From: a virus
Taxonomy: Duplodnaviria; Heunggongvirae; Uroviricota; Caudoviricetes
DNA length: 36,868 nucleotides
Direction: 5' to 3' (one strand)
IMG/VR virus record: IMGVR_UViG_3300011831_000028
Position 1 is the first letter of the stretch. Every line of letters starts with the position of its first letter. This document shows, one piece after another, positions 26,883 to 36,399 of this stretch. The translations under genes were made by a program, and so were the position numbers. Under the pieces are notes generated by a model. It did not search any database, was not told the DNA's origin, and saw only the letters and a list, made by a program, of their open reading frames with translations.

Positions 26883-29297
26883 TTAATACAGGTTCCGCCA
26901 CTGATCATCTTCTTGCAAACGCTGGTTCCGATAGAAGATACGCAGGCCTGCTCCTGACGGAATACTGCCTCCGCGAAGGAGTAAATCGACCTCTTTCTCG
27001 CTGCCATCAAATCCTCTGGACTTCAGCTCATACACGAGCTGCAGTCGCTGATGGTCTGTAATTCGCTGTTTGTAGTCTTTACGCCGTTTCGGTTTCACCA
27101 GGCGTAACCTTGCAGCCAGTTCCCGGCGCTCTTTTTTGTTCATACTGTGCAGGTAATCGTGCAACTCCTTGTCATCCATGCTGGTAATGTCCGTTCTGGG
27201 GTCCCCATCAGCTGATTTATCTTTCTCCTGTTGGTTCAAATTTTCAGCAAGGGGACAGTTATTGCCACGAGTCCAAGGGGCGCAAGCGCCCTGGTCGGCT
27301 GCCGCCTCCTGAACGTCAACGACCTTACGAACCATTTTCCATTTCATTGCATGAGTGCAGATCTTGCCCTGTACAATGGGTGACCAGATGCCATAAATAC
27401 GAATACCGTGATCGCCATAAGCGGTCGGCTCTTCGTTAATTTCATAAGCTGTTCTGATAAGGTGATATTTGCGGGGAACCAGTACGCCGCCCTGCTTCAT
27501 GATGTAGGTGGCAAAACAGCCAGCATCAGCGGCAGCCAGGATGGCATCAAGGCGCGGGTCATCCAGTACCGGCGCACCTGCTTTTTTGTCACCCTGTTGC
27601 CTTGCCGCCTGACCAGCCAGCAAGCGAAGTTCACGGTACGCCTGACGCCCCGGAATACCAAAGAAGCGGAACTGCTGAACACGATGCAGAGACGCCCAGG
27701 CATTAACGTATTCGGCGTTATCACGCAGGGATTTACCCGTTTCCTTGCTGATCTCGCCAGCCAGACCACGTCCGTCAATGTTCTTACTGATGTATTTCGC
27801 GATGTAGCTTGTCGGCGTTCCTTTGCGCGGGTTTATCAGCTCAGACTTAAAGCGTGGACCCGTGTTATTGCCCAGTTCCTCGCGGTCTTCACGGATGGCA
27901 AACTTACGCAACAATGCAGTAATGGCGCGGCGGTCTTTTTTGCGCATGAAACACATGAGATGCCAGTGCACAGTACCGTCATGGTGCGGCTCAGCCACCC
28001 GCACGCCATACCAGCGCAACCCGGCTTTGTGCATAGCCTTACGAAATGCAGCAAACATGCCGACCAGATAATCGCTGCTTTGTCTTACCGTCGCATTTGT
28101 CCAGGTTGGGTTTGGTCTGCCGTTATTGAGCGTAGAATGGAAACGTGACGGACAGGTAATGGTGTAGAAAACGGCGCAGTCACCACGCATTTCCGCGATA
28201 AGCTCCAGACCTTTAACACAGGCCATCATCTCATTGCGGCGGTGCGCCGGGTTGCTGCTGCTGGCGTTTACCACATCTTCCATATCCAGCGTGTCGCCGT
28301 CTTCGTTCACCAGTTCATGAGAACGGAAAAACTCCAGCGACTTGCGGCGCTGCTCACGTTTATGCGTCACTGCTTCATAGCTGACATAGGGAGATGCTTT
28401 TTTGCTGACCAGGCAGACAGCACGCAACTGCTCTTCCCGCCATTCGCAACGTATCTTCCACAATTTTCGATACCACCAGTCGGCGCAAAGCATACGTGCC
28501 AGCGAACCCGGTATGAGTTCATAGGGCACGGGTTTGCGGCGGTTTCTTTTCCGACGGAGTTTCTCAAACGCAGGCGGGATAACATCCAGACGCAGGGTTT
28601 CCGCTGCCACCTTTTCCCATGTCTTGCGGATTTCTTCTGGCTTAACGTCATCGGAGGCATACAAATCACCACAAGCGGCCTCAAGACACATGCTCATATG
28701 CGCTGCTACCAAGGTGGACAGGCGTTTTACCTGATCCTGACTCATTTCAGGCAGGATCAGCAGGCCCTCAAGCCTTTGATGGCTTGCCATAAAACGGAAA
28801 GAAGCGGATAGCTGACTGTCGCGTACATACTCCAGTCGCTCCAGACATGACTTAATCGTCTCACGCAAATAGCGGGAATAAGCCTTTGGCCTGCCCAGGC
28901 TGCTGAAGTATTCGATACGTTGCATCAGCGGCTTGCTGATGTGGGTGGGCTGGGCGCTGACGTCCGCCAGAATGACCATGTCCGGGTTAAAACGCTGCTG
29001 CTCATGCGCCAGCTTTGCCCGACTAATGAGATTATCCTGCTCCATTTCGCGCTGGACAGGATCACGGGATTCATTAAAGAAATAACGCTCCCAGACCTGC
29101 TCACTCAGTGCATCGCGGCGCAGCTGTTCCTGCTCGTTATCGGCAGCGTACAGAGTGATCATGTTTGAAAGTGCAGACTCCGGCGCAACTTCCGCCGGGT
29201 CCAGATAAGGGTTAATGGCCTTTTTCGGGCCGTTCCATGAAAATGCTGCAGCGGCCTCGTTAAAGCCGCTAGAGTTGCTCATATCATCATGACTCAT
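26883..29297 (-). CDS. A: replication initiation endonuclease gpA-like (rolling-circle)
   Basis: 804-aa ORF in the P2/186 A position between early genes and cos. Confidence 0.85.
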   Translation of the reverse strand: MSHDDMSNSSGFNEAAAAFSWNGPKKAINPYLDPAEVAPESALSNMITLYAADNEQEQLRRDALSEQVWERYFFNESRDPVQREMEQDNLISRAKLAHEQQRFNPDMVILADVSAQPTHISKPLMQRIEYFSSLGRPKAYSRYLRETIKSCLERLEYVRDSQLSASFRFMASHQRLEGLLILPEMSQDQVKRLSTLVAAHMSMCLEAACGDLYASDDVKPEEIRKTWEKVAAETLRLDVIPPAFEKLRRKRNRRKPVPYELIPGSLARMLCADWWYRKLWKIRCEWREEQLRAVCLVSKKASPYVSYEAVTHKREQRRKSLEFFRSHELVNEDGDTLDMEDVVNASSSNPAHRRNEMMACVKGLELIAEMRGDCAVFYTITCPSRFHSTLNNGRPNPTWTNATVRQSSDYLVGMFAAFRKAMHKAGLRWYGVRVAEPHHDGTVHWHLMCFMRKKDRRAITALLRKFAIREDREELGNNTGPRFKSELINPRKGTPTSYIAKYISKNIDGRGLAGEISKETGKSLRDNAEYVNAWASLHRVQQFRFFGIPGRQAYRELRLLAGQAARQQGDKKAGAPVLDDPRLDAILAAADAGCFATYIMKQGGVLVPRKYHLIRTAYEINEEPTAYGDHGIRIYGIWSPIVQGKICTHAMKWKMVRKVVDVQEAAADQGACAPWTRGNNCPLAENLNQQEKDKSADGDPRTDITSMDDKELHDYLHSMNKKERRELAARLRLVKPKRRKDYKQRITDHQRLQLVYELKSRGFDGSEKEVDLLLRGGSIPSGAGLRIFYRNQRLQEDDQWRNLY

Positions 29298-30151
29298 ACA
29301 CGCACCTCGTACACAGCAGAACTATCCACGCCACGCGAAGGATCAAATCCCACCCAGCAGCGCGCCCCGGAAACAGCAATGATTTCTGTTGCAGATTTAC
29401 TCTCGCCAGCCGACACGCCGATGCTGCGTTTTGCCTTGATGTAGTGGTGAGTGAAATTGCGATACAGCGAACGAATCAGGGATGTGTCACTGTTAGAAAC
29501 AATGACCGGATGACCTTCAGATGATCGATGTTCAAGAACGGATGCCAGGTGATACTGGTCATCCTCAGTGAAGCCATCAGTGTGATAGCCGGAAAACGTA
29601 CCGTCATAAGGCGGATCGCAATACACCACATCCCCCGCCTTCAACATCGCCAGCGTTTCATCAAAGCTGGCGCAGATAAACGTTGCTCGCTGGGCTTTTT
29701 CTGCAAATTTGCGAATTTCTTTTTCAGGGAAATACGGATTTTTATAATTCCCGTAGGGAATGTTGAAATGCCCGCTCTTGTTATAGCGACATAACCCACG
29801 GTAACCATGACGATTGAGATACAGGAAATATACCGCTTTCATGAAATCAGTAATTTCAGTGGAGTAATTAAACTCCTGCCTTATGTTGTAATAAGCCACC
29901 TCCCTGTTTGCTTCCTCAAATAAAGCTCTGGCACGAGATATAAACGCCTCGCAATCAGCAGCAACCTTTTTATAGAGGTTGATTAAATCAGGATTAATAT
30001 CCGCAACAAGATAGCTGGGGTAATCCGTCTCTATCATCACAGCACAAGAACCCGCGAAAGGTTCAACCAGTCGCGGGCCAGCAGGAAGGTATTTTTTCAG
30101 TTCTGGCATAATGGCGGTTTTATTACCCGCCCATTTCAGGATGGTGCTCAT
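29294..30151 (-). CDS. DNA N6-adenine methyltransferase (Dam family)
   Basis: LKWAGNK, FAGSCAV (motif I) and DPPY (motif IV); start at Met21 of the track ORF, ATGA overlap with upstream gene. Confidence 0.85.
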
Positions 30152-30375
30152 ACAGCACCTCCGTTGTAATGTTTGCCTTTCAGCTCTGCGATTTCCTGAC
30201 AGGTAATGCAAAGCTGCACACCCGGAATGGCGCGACGTCGTGCTGGCGGAATTGGTGCTTCACACTCAATGCAAAGCACGCGGGATACGCCCGGCGTTTT
30301 GGCGTGGGCAGCACGGATATGACGCTGGCGTTCTTCTTCAACGCGCTGCTGTACGAGATCCATTGCATCAGCCAT
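30148..30375 (-). CDS. TraR/DksA-family C4 zinc-finger protein
   Basis: CIECEAPIP..RRRAIPGVQLCITCQ. Confidence 0.75.
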   Translation of the reverse strand: MADAMDLVQQRVEEERQRHIRAAHAKTPGVSRVLCIECEAPIPPARRRAIPGVQLCITCQEIAELKGKHYNGGAV

Positions 30376-30614
30376 CAGTGGATCTCCTGCGCTTCGTTCT
30401 GGATTGCTTCAGCAGTCACACGCAGCAGTTCTGCCGCTTCGACGTGGTTTAGCTGGCGGGATGTGATATGACACGCCAGGCTATCAAGGCGAGCTGCCAT
30501 TGCTTCAGCCCTTGCCCGGCGTTCTTCCAGACGAGCCTCTGTCAGTAAAATATTAAGCCCTGCATCATCCGGTCCGGTTTTAGTCGTGAGGGTTTCAATA
30601 TTACGCATAATCAA
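30375..30614 (-). CDS. hypothetical early protein (79 aa)
   Basis: ORF in early operon, overlapping neighbour by 1 nt. Confidence 0.5.
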   Translation of the reverse strand: MIMRNIETLTTKTGPDDAGLNILLTEARLEERRARAEAMAARLDSLACHITSRQLNHVEAAELLRVTAEAIQNEAQEIH

Positions 30615-30675
30615 TTCTCCTGAATTTAGATAAAGGGATGCCTGGCGGGTTTACGCCATGAATTTCATTAGTTGG

Positions 30676-31017
30676 TTAATTCGGCATGGTTAGCCGTCTG
30701 GGAAATAAGCTCACCACTGCACGAAAATGATTCATTGCTTTAATCAGCTCCCGCTTTTCGTCAGTGGTCAGCTCATTAATGCTGATGCTATGACGTTCAG
30801 CTGGAATTTTTGCCATAAAGAATATGGCAGCCAGTGCCCGTTTATTTTGTTCATTATTGATATCCCGTGGATCACGCATATCTTTAATAAACCGCTCAAG
30901 CTCTGACTCAATATTCAGGCCAAAAACTTTCGCTCTTAATTCCGCAATATGATTAAGTCCATTCAGGCGTTCACCGGGGCTTAATGGAACAGTCGCCGCA
31001 GCGCCTTCAATAGCCAT
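30676..31017 (-). CDS. hypothetical early protein (113 aa; start uncertain)
   Basis: ORF in early operon between cII and A. Confidence 0.45.
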   Translation of the reverse strand: MAIEGAAATVPLSPGERLNGLNHIAELRAKVFGLNIESELERFIKDMRDPRDINNEQNKRALAAIFFMAKIPAERHSISINELTTDEKRELIKAMNHFRAVVSLFPRRLTMPN

Positions 31018-31211
31018 TGGTTCCCCCGTTTTTTCGTTGATAGTTCTGCCAGCAATTCATCTTGTGAACGGCACGGATGCCAGCGTTTACCATCCTCACC
31101 CATGATCCAGCCGTGACCGTAGTGCATTGCCGGACTTTGTTTTACCAGCAGCGATGCAAATGATGGTTCTTTCGTCAGCATAAGCACCTCACAGCAAACC
31201 GAATGAAGCAC
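30981..31211 (-). CDS. hypothetical early protein (start uncertain; position of 186 fil/dhr-type genes)
   Basis: Small ORF immediately downstream of cII. Confidence 0.4.
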   Translation of the reverse strand: MLHSVCCEVLMLTKEPSFASLLVKQSPAMHYGHGWIMGEDGKRWHPCRSQDELLAELSTKKRGNQWLLKALRRLFH

Positions 31212-31704
31212 CGAGGCCAGTCACGGTATCAACTGCACTCGCCATCGCAGGATTAGCCTGTAAACGGGCCTGCAATGAAACAGCAGCCAGCGCCATCAGT
31301 CGTGTAACAGAGTTAATGCTGCTGATCGCATCACGACGGCCTGCACTGGTTTTTACATCGCCAGAAACCGCACCTGCCGCGACACGCCCTATCTCTGCAG
31401 TTGCACTCATGACGTAATGCGGCAGTTTCTCTTTTGCCACCTCATTAATCGGTACACATGGCAGGCAGTGAATCTGTGCCAGAAAGCCATCTACCAGCGT
31501 TGAATCTTCAGTCAGATCGGTAAGCAGCCAGATTTCTGGCGCATTGAGCTGATGCGGTTGATCTGGGTTGAGTTTGTTTCGCAGAGTCTGGACATTCATT
31601 CCTGCACGTTCTGCCAGCTTCGCCATATTGTGACGAAGTGCAAAAGCTCTACAGGCTTCATCAAAATGCGGGTGTTTGGAAACTTGGTAATCAAACATGG
31701 TCAA
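31189..31704 (-). CDS. cII: phage 186-type regulatory protein CII
   Basis: 171 aa, N-terminal HTH-like [27 protein letters not shown]; size and position match 186 CII. Confidence 0.75.
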   Translation of the reverse strand: MTMFDYQVSKHPHFDEACRAFALRHNMAKLAERAGMNVQTLRNKLNPDQPHQLNAPEIWLLTDLTEDSTLVDGFLAQIHCLPCVPINEVAKEKLPHYVMSATAEIGRVAAGAVSGDVKTSAGRRDAISSINSVTRLMALAAVSLQARLQANPAMASAVDTVTGLGASFGLL

Positions 31705-31730
31705 TGCCTCTGATGTATTTCAGAATCGAA

Positions 31731-31952
31731 CTAATTAAGGTTTAGATTGCATTCTGAAAGCGCATCAACGGTCATGGCTGCTATGTTGATCATCACTTTT
31801 TCGCGTTTTTTATCTTTCCGCAGACGGTGACGGATAAGACGTCCATCAGCCAACATGTCATTGATAGTATCGATGGATAGCCCTGTCAGCTCGCTATAAC
31901 GTTCAATAGTCACATGAGGCGTGGTAAGAGTGATTGAAATGTTAGGTTTCAT
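31731..31952 (-). CDS. Apl/Cox-like excisionase and switch regulator
   Basis: 73-aa HTH-like protein, first gene of the rightward early operon, divergent from cI. Confidence 0.65.
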   Translation of the reverse strand: MKPNISITLTTPHVTIERYSELTGLSIDTINDMLADGRLIRHRLRKDKKREKVMINIAAMTVDALSECNLNLN

Positions 31953-32077
31953 GATGCAACATTCCTCGTTTAATGTTGATTAATCAGGACGAATACGGAT
32001 CGTTTGTATTTTGTGAACATCATAAACATACGATCGCATAATGAAATCGTCAAGACAAAAGTTCACTTGGAGTGACC
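31953..32077. promoter_or_regulatory. cI/apl divergent promoter-operator region
   Basis: 125-bp intergenic with palindrome tgattaatca (31975-31984), repeated atacg(g)atcg (31993-32002 and 32029-32037) and inverted gtgaac/gttcac (32013-32018 and 32061-32066). Confidence 0.5.
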
Positions 32078-32647
32078 ATGAATTTGGAGAAAGGCGGACG
32101 AGGCGCTATAGAGCGCATGGTAGAAGCATATGGCTTCAAGACTCGACAGGCGTTGTGCGATCACTTAGGAATCTCTAAAAGTACTCTCGCCACACGCTAT
32201 ATGCGTGACTCATTCCCTGCTGAATGGGTAATCCAGTGCGCACTTGAAACGGGCGCCTCGCTTAACTGGCTCACGACCGGACATGGTTCAAAGCAAACTT
32301 CAGGTAATACAAATACTATGGAAGTCGTTAAATATGTATTATCTGATGGAACCTTGCAGGAAGATGGTTTTTATATTTTCGATAAAGAATTTCTACCATC
32401 TACGCTCAAAAATCCGTTTGTAATCACCGATAACAATTCCGTTTTTATTTGCGATAAAGAGTTTAACGATATTCGTGACGGCAAATGGGTAATAAGTATT
32501 GATGCCGAAGTAACAATCCGCGATATCACTCGTTTACCTGGTGGAAGAATCTTAGTTGAAGGTGGAAATAGGGCTTTCGAATGTAAAAAAGAAGAAATCG
32601 AAATTATTGGAAAAATTATAAGCATAACAGTTAAGTACTTTGAGTAA
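32078..32647 (+). CDS. cI: immunity repressor CI (186-type, N-terminal HTH plus C-terminal oligomerisation domain)
   Basis: MNLEKGGRGAIERMVEAYGFKTRQALCDHLGISKSTLATRYMRD..; GGAG 6 nt upstream of ATG at 32078 (track ORF begins at GTG 32072). Confidence 0.8.
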   Translation: MNLEKGGRGAIERMVEAYGFKTRQALCDHLGISKSTLATRYMRDSFPAEWVIQCALETGASLNWLTTGHGSKQTSGNTNTMEVVKYVLSDGTLQEDGFYIFDKEFLPSTLKNPFVITDNNSVFICDKEFNDIRDGKWVISIDAEVTIRDITRLPGGRILVEGGNRAFECKKEEIEIIGKIISITVKYFE

Positions 32648-32697
32648 TATAGGAATGTTTTTATGCTTGGTAAAGCATTTGTTGTGGTGTAAAAAAT

Positions 32698-33621
32698 ATG
32701 TCAACTCAAAAATTAAAATTTAGCCATATCAAAAACGATCTGAAAGCAATAGTTATGCAGAATCGTGGAGGGCAAAAAGTTATTGAGCGTATACTCCTAG
32801 CCTATGGCTTCAAGTCACGACAGGCATTATGTAATCATCTAGGTATTTCCCAAAGTACTATGGCCAACAGATATGCACGTAATACCTTTCCTGCAGATTG
32901 GGTTGTTATATGTTCCATAGAAACAGGAGCATCAATTGAATGGTTAGTTCTTGGTTCAGATACTGCTCCTTCATCAGAGCAATATTCTGAAAAACATGCC
33001 GTTAATGGCCTTTGCAATGAAGTATACATTCCCACTATAAAGTTCGATAATGAAAAACTCATGAATTTTAACCGAGGGGGTAAGGCAACAATAGAACGAA
33101 TTGTCGAGGCTTACGGTTACAAAACGCGCCAAGCATTAGCTGATCACCTAGGTATTTCAAAAAGCACATTAGCCACACGATACATGCGTGACATTTTTCC
33201 TGCAGACTGGGCTTTGCAGTGTGCAATAGAAACGGGCCATTCTATTGAATGGATTTCATTTGGTACAGGAGAAATGAAAAACGCAAAAAATAAAGATACT
33301 TTAACATTAGTGAAAAAAGTATTAATCAATGGCAAGTTAATAAATGATGGCTCATATTTATTTGACCCATGCTTTCTACCTTCCAATTTAAAAAATGCAT
33401 TCGTAGTATCTACCGAAGACTCTGAATTAATATGTGAAATGGGTTTTAAAGATGTACATGATGGTAAGTGGCTAGTAAATATTGATGGAGAGAATTCATT
33501 TAGAATGATAACTCGACTACCTAAAGGACGAGTTTATATTTCATCCCAAAATCACTCTTTTGAATGTTCGCTTACAGATATTGAGTTTATTGCAAAAGTT
33601 ATTATAAGTTGTTTACATTAA
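32698..33621 (+). CDS. CI-paralogue with two tandem CI-type HTH domains and a CI-like C-terminal domain
   Basis: Residues ~23-88 and ~117-182 each align to the CI N-terminal domain; second copy has recognition helix SKSTLATRYMRD identical to CI; C-terminal ~100 aa aligns to the CI C-terminal domain. Confidence 0.7.
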   Translation: MSTQKLKFSHIKNDLKAIVMQNRGGQKVIERILLAYGFKSRQALCNHLGISQSTMANRYARNTFPADWVVICSIETGASIEWLVLGSDTAPSSEQYSEKHAVNGLCNEVYIPTIKFDNEKLMNFNRGGKATIERIVEAYGYKTRQALADHLGISKSTLATRYMRDIFPADWALQCAIETGHSIEWISFGTGEMKNAKNKDTLTLVKKVLINGKLINDGSYLFDPCFLPSNLKNAFVVSTEDSELICEMGFKDVHDGKWLVNIDGENSFRMITRLPKGRVYISSQNHSFECSLTDIEFIAKVIISCLH

Positions 33622-33646
33622 GTAAATTTTTCATGGAGACTTCATA

Positions 33647-35164
33647 GTGAAATGTGGTGATTGTAATTGGAACTGGGATGAAGAAACTACCTTTATATTA
33701 GACGACGAAGAGGAAATTCTTTCCAAAGACAAACTTAATCGGAGACACTATGCAGAATATCTATATTTTTATCTTAAGGAAAAGGGGCAAAAGAACAACA
33801 CGGTAATCAACCTTAATGCAGAATGGGGAGCTGGTAAAAGTTTTTTCATAAAGAGATTTTATAACTCAATAAAAGATGCACACCCATGCGTTTACATTGA
33901 TGCCTGGAAGCAAGACTTTTCTGATGATGCATTTTTAACCCTTTTTTCTTCTTTGTCACAACAATTGCAAACATATGCAGGAAAACTTGATGCTCGATTG
34001 ATACAAAGCGGCCATGCTATCGGACGCTTTACAAAAGGTGTTCTACCTGAAATCATATCTGGCCTAATCAAGACTTATGCAGGAGTAGATAACGTAGGTG
34101 ATATAGCCAAAGAAGCCTCATTAATAATGCTGAAGGAACACCAGGAAAAACTGAAGAGCATTAAGGTATTAAAAAAAGAACTAACGTTATGGTCTAGGTT
34201 GGCATATGAAAATAGTTTTTCATGTCCTATATTTATCTTTATAGATGAATTAGACAGATGCAGGCCAGATTATGCAATTTCTCTTTTAGAGATTGTTAAA
34301 CATATATTCGATATTAAAAATTTTGTCTTTATTATTGCTACTGACACAGATCAATTACAACATTCAATCAAGAATGTTTACGGTAATGATTTTTCCGCAA
34401 ATGACTATTTAGGCCGTTTTTTTCATAGAAGATTTACTTTAAAACAACCTGAACTTAAAGATTTAATTAATGGTGTTGTTGGTGATTATATTGGTACCGA
34501 TTTTGAAAATATCACATCAAAAACATACCCACTAACAGCAACATTAGAAGACTTTTCAATAAATATTTCCAACGTATTTGAAGCATTTGGGTTAAATCTA
34601 AGAGACTCAATCCGAAATACTGAAAGGTTAATAGACATTCTTAAATCTGATTTAGTCAAAAAGAAAGTAGATTATATTTTTATAATTTCGCTAATGATTA
34701 TATATGATAAGGATCGTCAAATTATAGATGGACTAATTGGTCGAAGAAATGCAGCACAACGTTTCACTGATTCGATAAAGCAAAGCTCCAATTTAAAAGG
34801 TGTTTCTCAAGCCATCCTTGAATTAAATCTTGATACAAATCAGCAAAGAATAGGTGTCAATTATATCTATAGAACGGCGAGCAGTAGATTATTCATCTCA
34901 CAGATCGAGCCCAAAATAAATTTAACATTAATAAATTACTTAGATGTTGCATTGTATTTTATTAATAATATAAACATGCTTAAATCAAGTATAAAAAACA
35001 ATGGGCAAAATTCACTAATGATTATATCTCAACAAGGCCCTATTGATGGTGATACAGCTATAAAGTATTTGCAAGGAGCCCTTATAGAGAATGGTCTGAA
35101 TACATCTTTTTATGCCTTACATAATTACATTGAATTAATTGAACTGGCCACATCATTTGATTAA
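33647..35164 (+). CDS. KAP-family P-loop NTPase
   Basis: Walker A NLNAEWGAGKSFF and Walker B IFIFIDELDRCRPDYAISLLE, both hallmark KAP signatures; GTG start with GGAG upstream. Confidence 0.7.
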   Translation: MKCGDCNWNWDEETTFILDDEEEILSKDKLNRRHYAEYLYFYLKEKGQKNNTVINLNAEWGAGKSFFIKRFYNSIKDAHPCVYIDAWKQDFSDDAFLTLFSSLSQQLQTYAGKLDARLIQSGHAIGRFTKGVLPEIISGLIKTYAGVDNVGDIAKEASLIMLKEHQEKLKSIKVLKKELTLWSRLAYENSFSCPIFIFIDELDRCRPDYAISLLEIVKHIFDIKNFVFIIATDTDQLQHSIKNVYGNDFSANDYLGRFFHRRFTLKQPELKDLINGVVGDYIGTDFENITSKTYPLTATLEDFSINISNVFEAFGLNLRDSIRNTERLIDILKSDLVKKKVDYIFIISLMIIYDKDRQIIDGLIGRRNAAQRFTDSIKQSSNLKGVSQAILELNLDTNQQRIGVNYIYRTASSRLFISQIEPKINLTLINYLDVALYFINNINMLKSSIKNNGQNSLMIISQQGPIDGDTAIKYLQGALIENGLNTSFYALHNYIELIELATSFD

Positions 35165-35225
35165 AAGCATTGTTTGAATAAACTAAACCATACATTGACC
35201 ACTGGTCAAACATACAGTTAAATTT

Positions 35226-35250
35226 AGCCCTCTGATATGAGGGCTTTATT
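35226..35250 (+). terminator. hairpin plus T-rich tract immediately upstream of the int start codon
   Basis: agccctc tgatat gagggct ttatt; the 3' arm contains the GAGGG Shine-Dalgarno of int. Confidence 0.45.
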
Positions 35251-36303
35251 ATGGCAGTACGAAAACTCACCACAGGAAAATGGCTTTGCGAATGTTACCC
35301 CGCCGGACGTAGTGGGCGTCGTGTGCGTAAACAATTCGCCACCAAAGGCGAAGCACTGGCTTTTGAGCGTCACACGATGGAAGAAACCGAAGCAAAGCCC
35401 TGGCTGGGTGAATCAGTGGATCGTCGAACACTGAAAGACGTGGTTGAGCTATGGTTCAAACTACATGGTAAATCTCTGACTGCTGGGCAGCATGTCTATG
35501 ACAAATTGCTGCTGATGGTTGACGCTCTGGGCAATCCCCTTGCAACTGATCTAACCTCTAAAATGTTTGCCCACTATCGAGATAAACGCCTGACAGGTGA
35601 GATCTACTTCAGTGAGAAATGGAAGAAAGGAGCAAGCCCGGTCACCATTAACCTGGAGCAAAGCTATCTAAGTAGTGTTTTTAGCGAACTATCCCGCCTG
35701 GGCGAATGGTCGTATCCGAACCCACTGGAGAACATGCGAAAATTCACCATCGCAGAAAAAGAGATGGCATGGCTTACCCATGAGCAGATTGTTGAATTAC
35801 TAGCTGATTGCAAACGTCAGGACCCAATTCTGGCACTGGTAGTTAAGATATGCTTAAGCACAGGCGCACGCTGGCGAGAAGCCGTAAATCTTACCCGCTC
35901 ACAGGTGACCAAATACCGAATTACCTTTGTAAGAACGAAGGGGAAGAAAAACAGAAGCATCCCTATCAGTAAAGAGCTTTACGAAGAGATCATGGCGCTT
36001 GATGGGTTCAATTTCTTCACAGACTGCTATTTTCAATTTTTATCCGTGATGGAAAAAACGTCTATCGTGCTCCCTCGCGGTCAACTCACACACGTTCTGC
36101 GCCATACGTTTGCGGCGCACTTCATGATGTCGGGTGGAAACATTCTGGCTTTACAAAAAATTCTCGGGCACCACGATATAAAAATGACTATGCGTTACGC
36201 ACATCTGGCACCGGATCATCTGGAAACGGCGCTCCGTTTCAATCCTCTGGCAACGCTGCCAAGTGGCGACAAAGTGGCGGCAGCGGTTGGCATTACCCCG
36301 TAA
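35251..36303 (+). CDS. int: tyrosine integrase (P2/186 Int family)
   Basis: 350 aa with C-terminal ..HVLRHTFAAHFM..GHHDIKMTMRYAHL (R..H..R..Y catalytic pattern). Confidence 0.9.
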   Translation: MAVRKLTTGKWLCECYPAGRSGRRVRKQFATKGEALAFERHTMEETEAKPWLGESVDRRTLKDVVELWFKLHGKSLTAGQHVYDKLLLMVDALGNPLATDLTSKMFAHYRDKRLTGEIYFSEKWKKGASPVTINLEQSYLSSVFSELSRLGEWSYPNPLENMRKFTIAEKEMAWLTHEQIVELLADCKRQDPILALVVKICLSTGARWREAVNLTRSQVTKYRITFVRTKGKKNRSIPISKELYEEIMALDGFNFFTDCYFQFLSVMEKTSIVLPRGQLTHVLRHTFAAHFMMSGGNILALQKILGHHDIKMTMRYAHLAPDHLETALRFNPLATLPSGDKVAAAVGITP

Positions 36304-36377
36304 TAACCACCACTGACCACCAACCCAACTTATTGTTTTTACTCTAAGTTATTGTTTTCATTAACCCGTTTACATAA

Positions 36378-36399
36378 ATGGGTTTTTTGTTGCCTGAAA
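36378..36399. repeat. attL core, 22-bp direct repeat
   Basis: Identical to 2479-2500; preceded by a phage-borne hairpin arm (aacccgttt 36363-36371) so a hairpin plus T-run is present at this junction too. Confidence 0.75.

Larger units (their letters stand above)
2479..36399. mobile_element. integrated P2/186-like prophage (~33.9 kb)
   Basis: Full P2-type late gene order plus 186-type cI/apl/cII switch, int and ogr at opposite ends, each adjacent to one copy of the 22-bp direct repeat. Confidence 0.85.

Noticed and set aside
27408-28148. 246-aa plus-strand ORF inside replication gene A
   Set aside because: Antisense to A; no independent support.
32663-32692. 9-codon mini-ORF (MLGKAFVVV) between cI and the CI paralogue
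   Set aside because: Could be a leader peptide but has no ribosome-binding site and is more likely chance.
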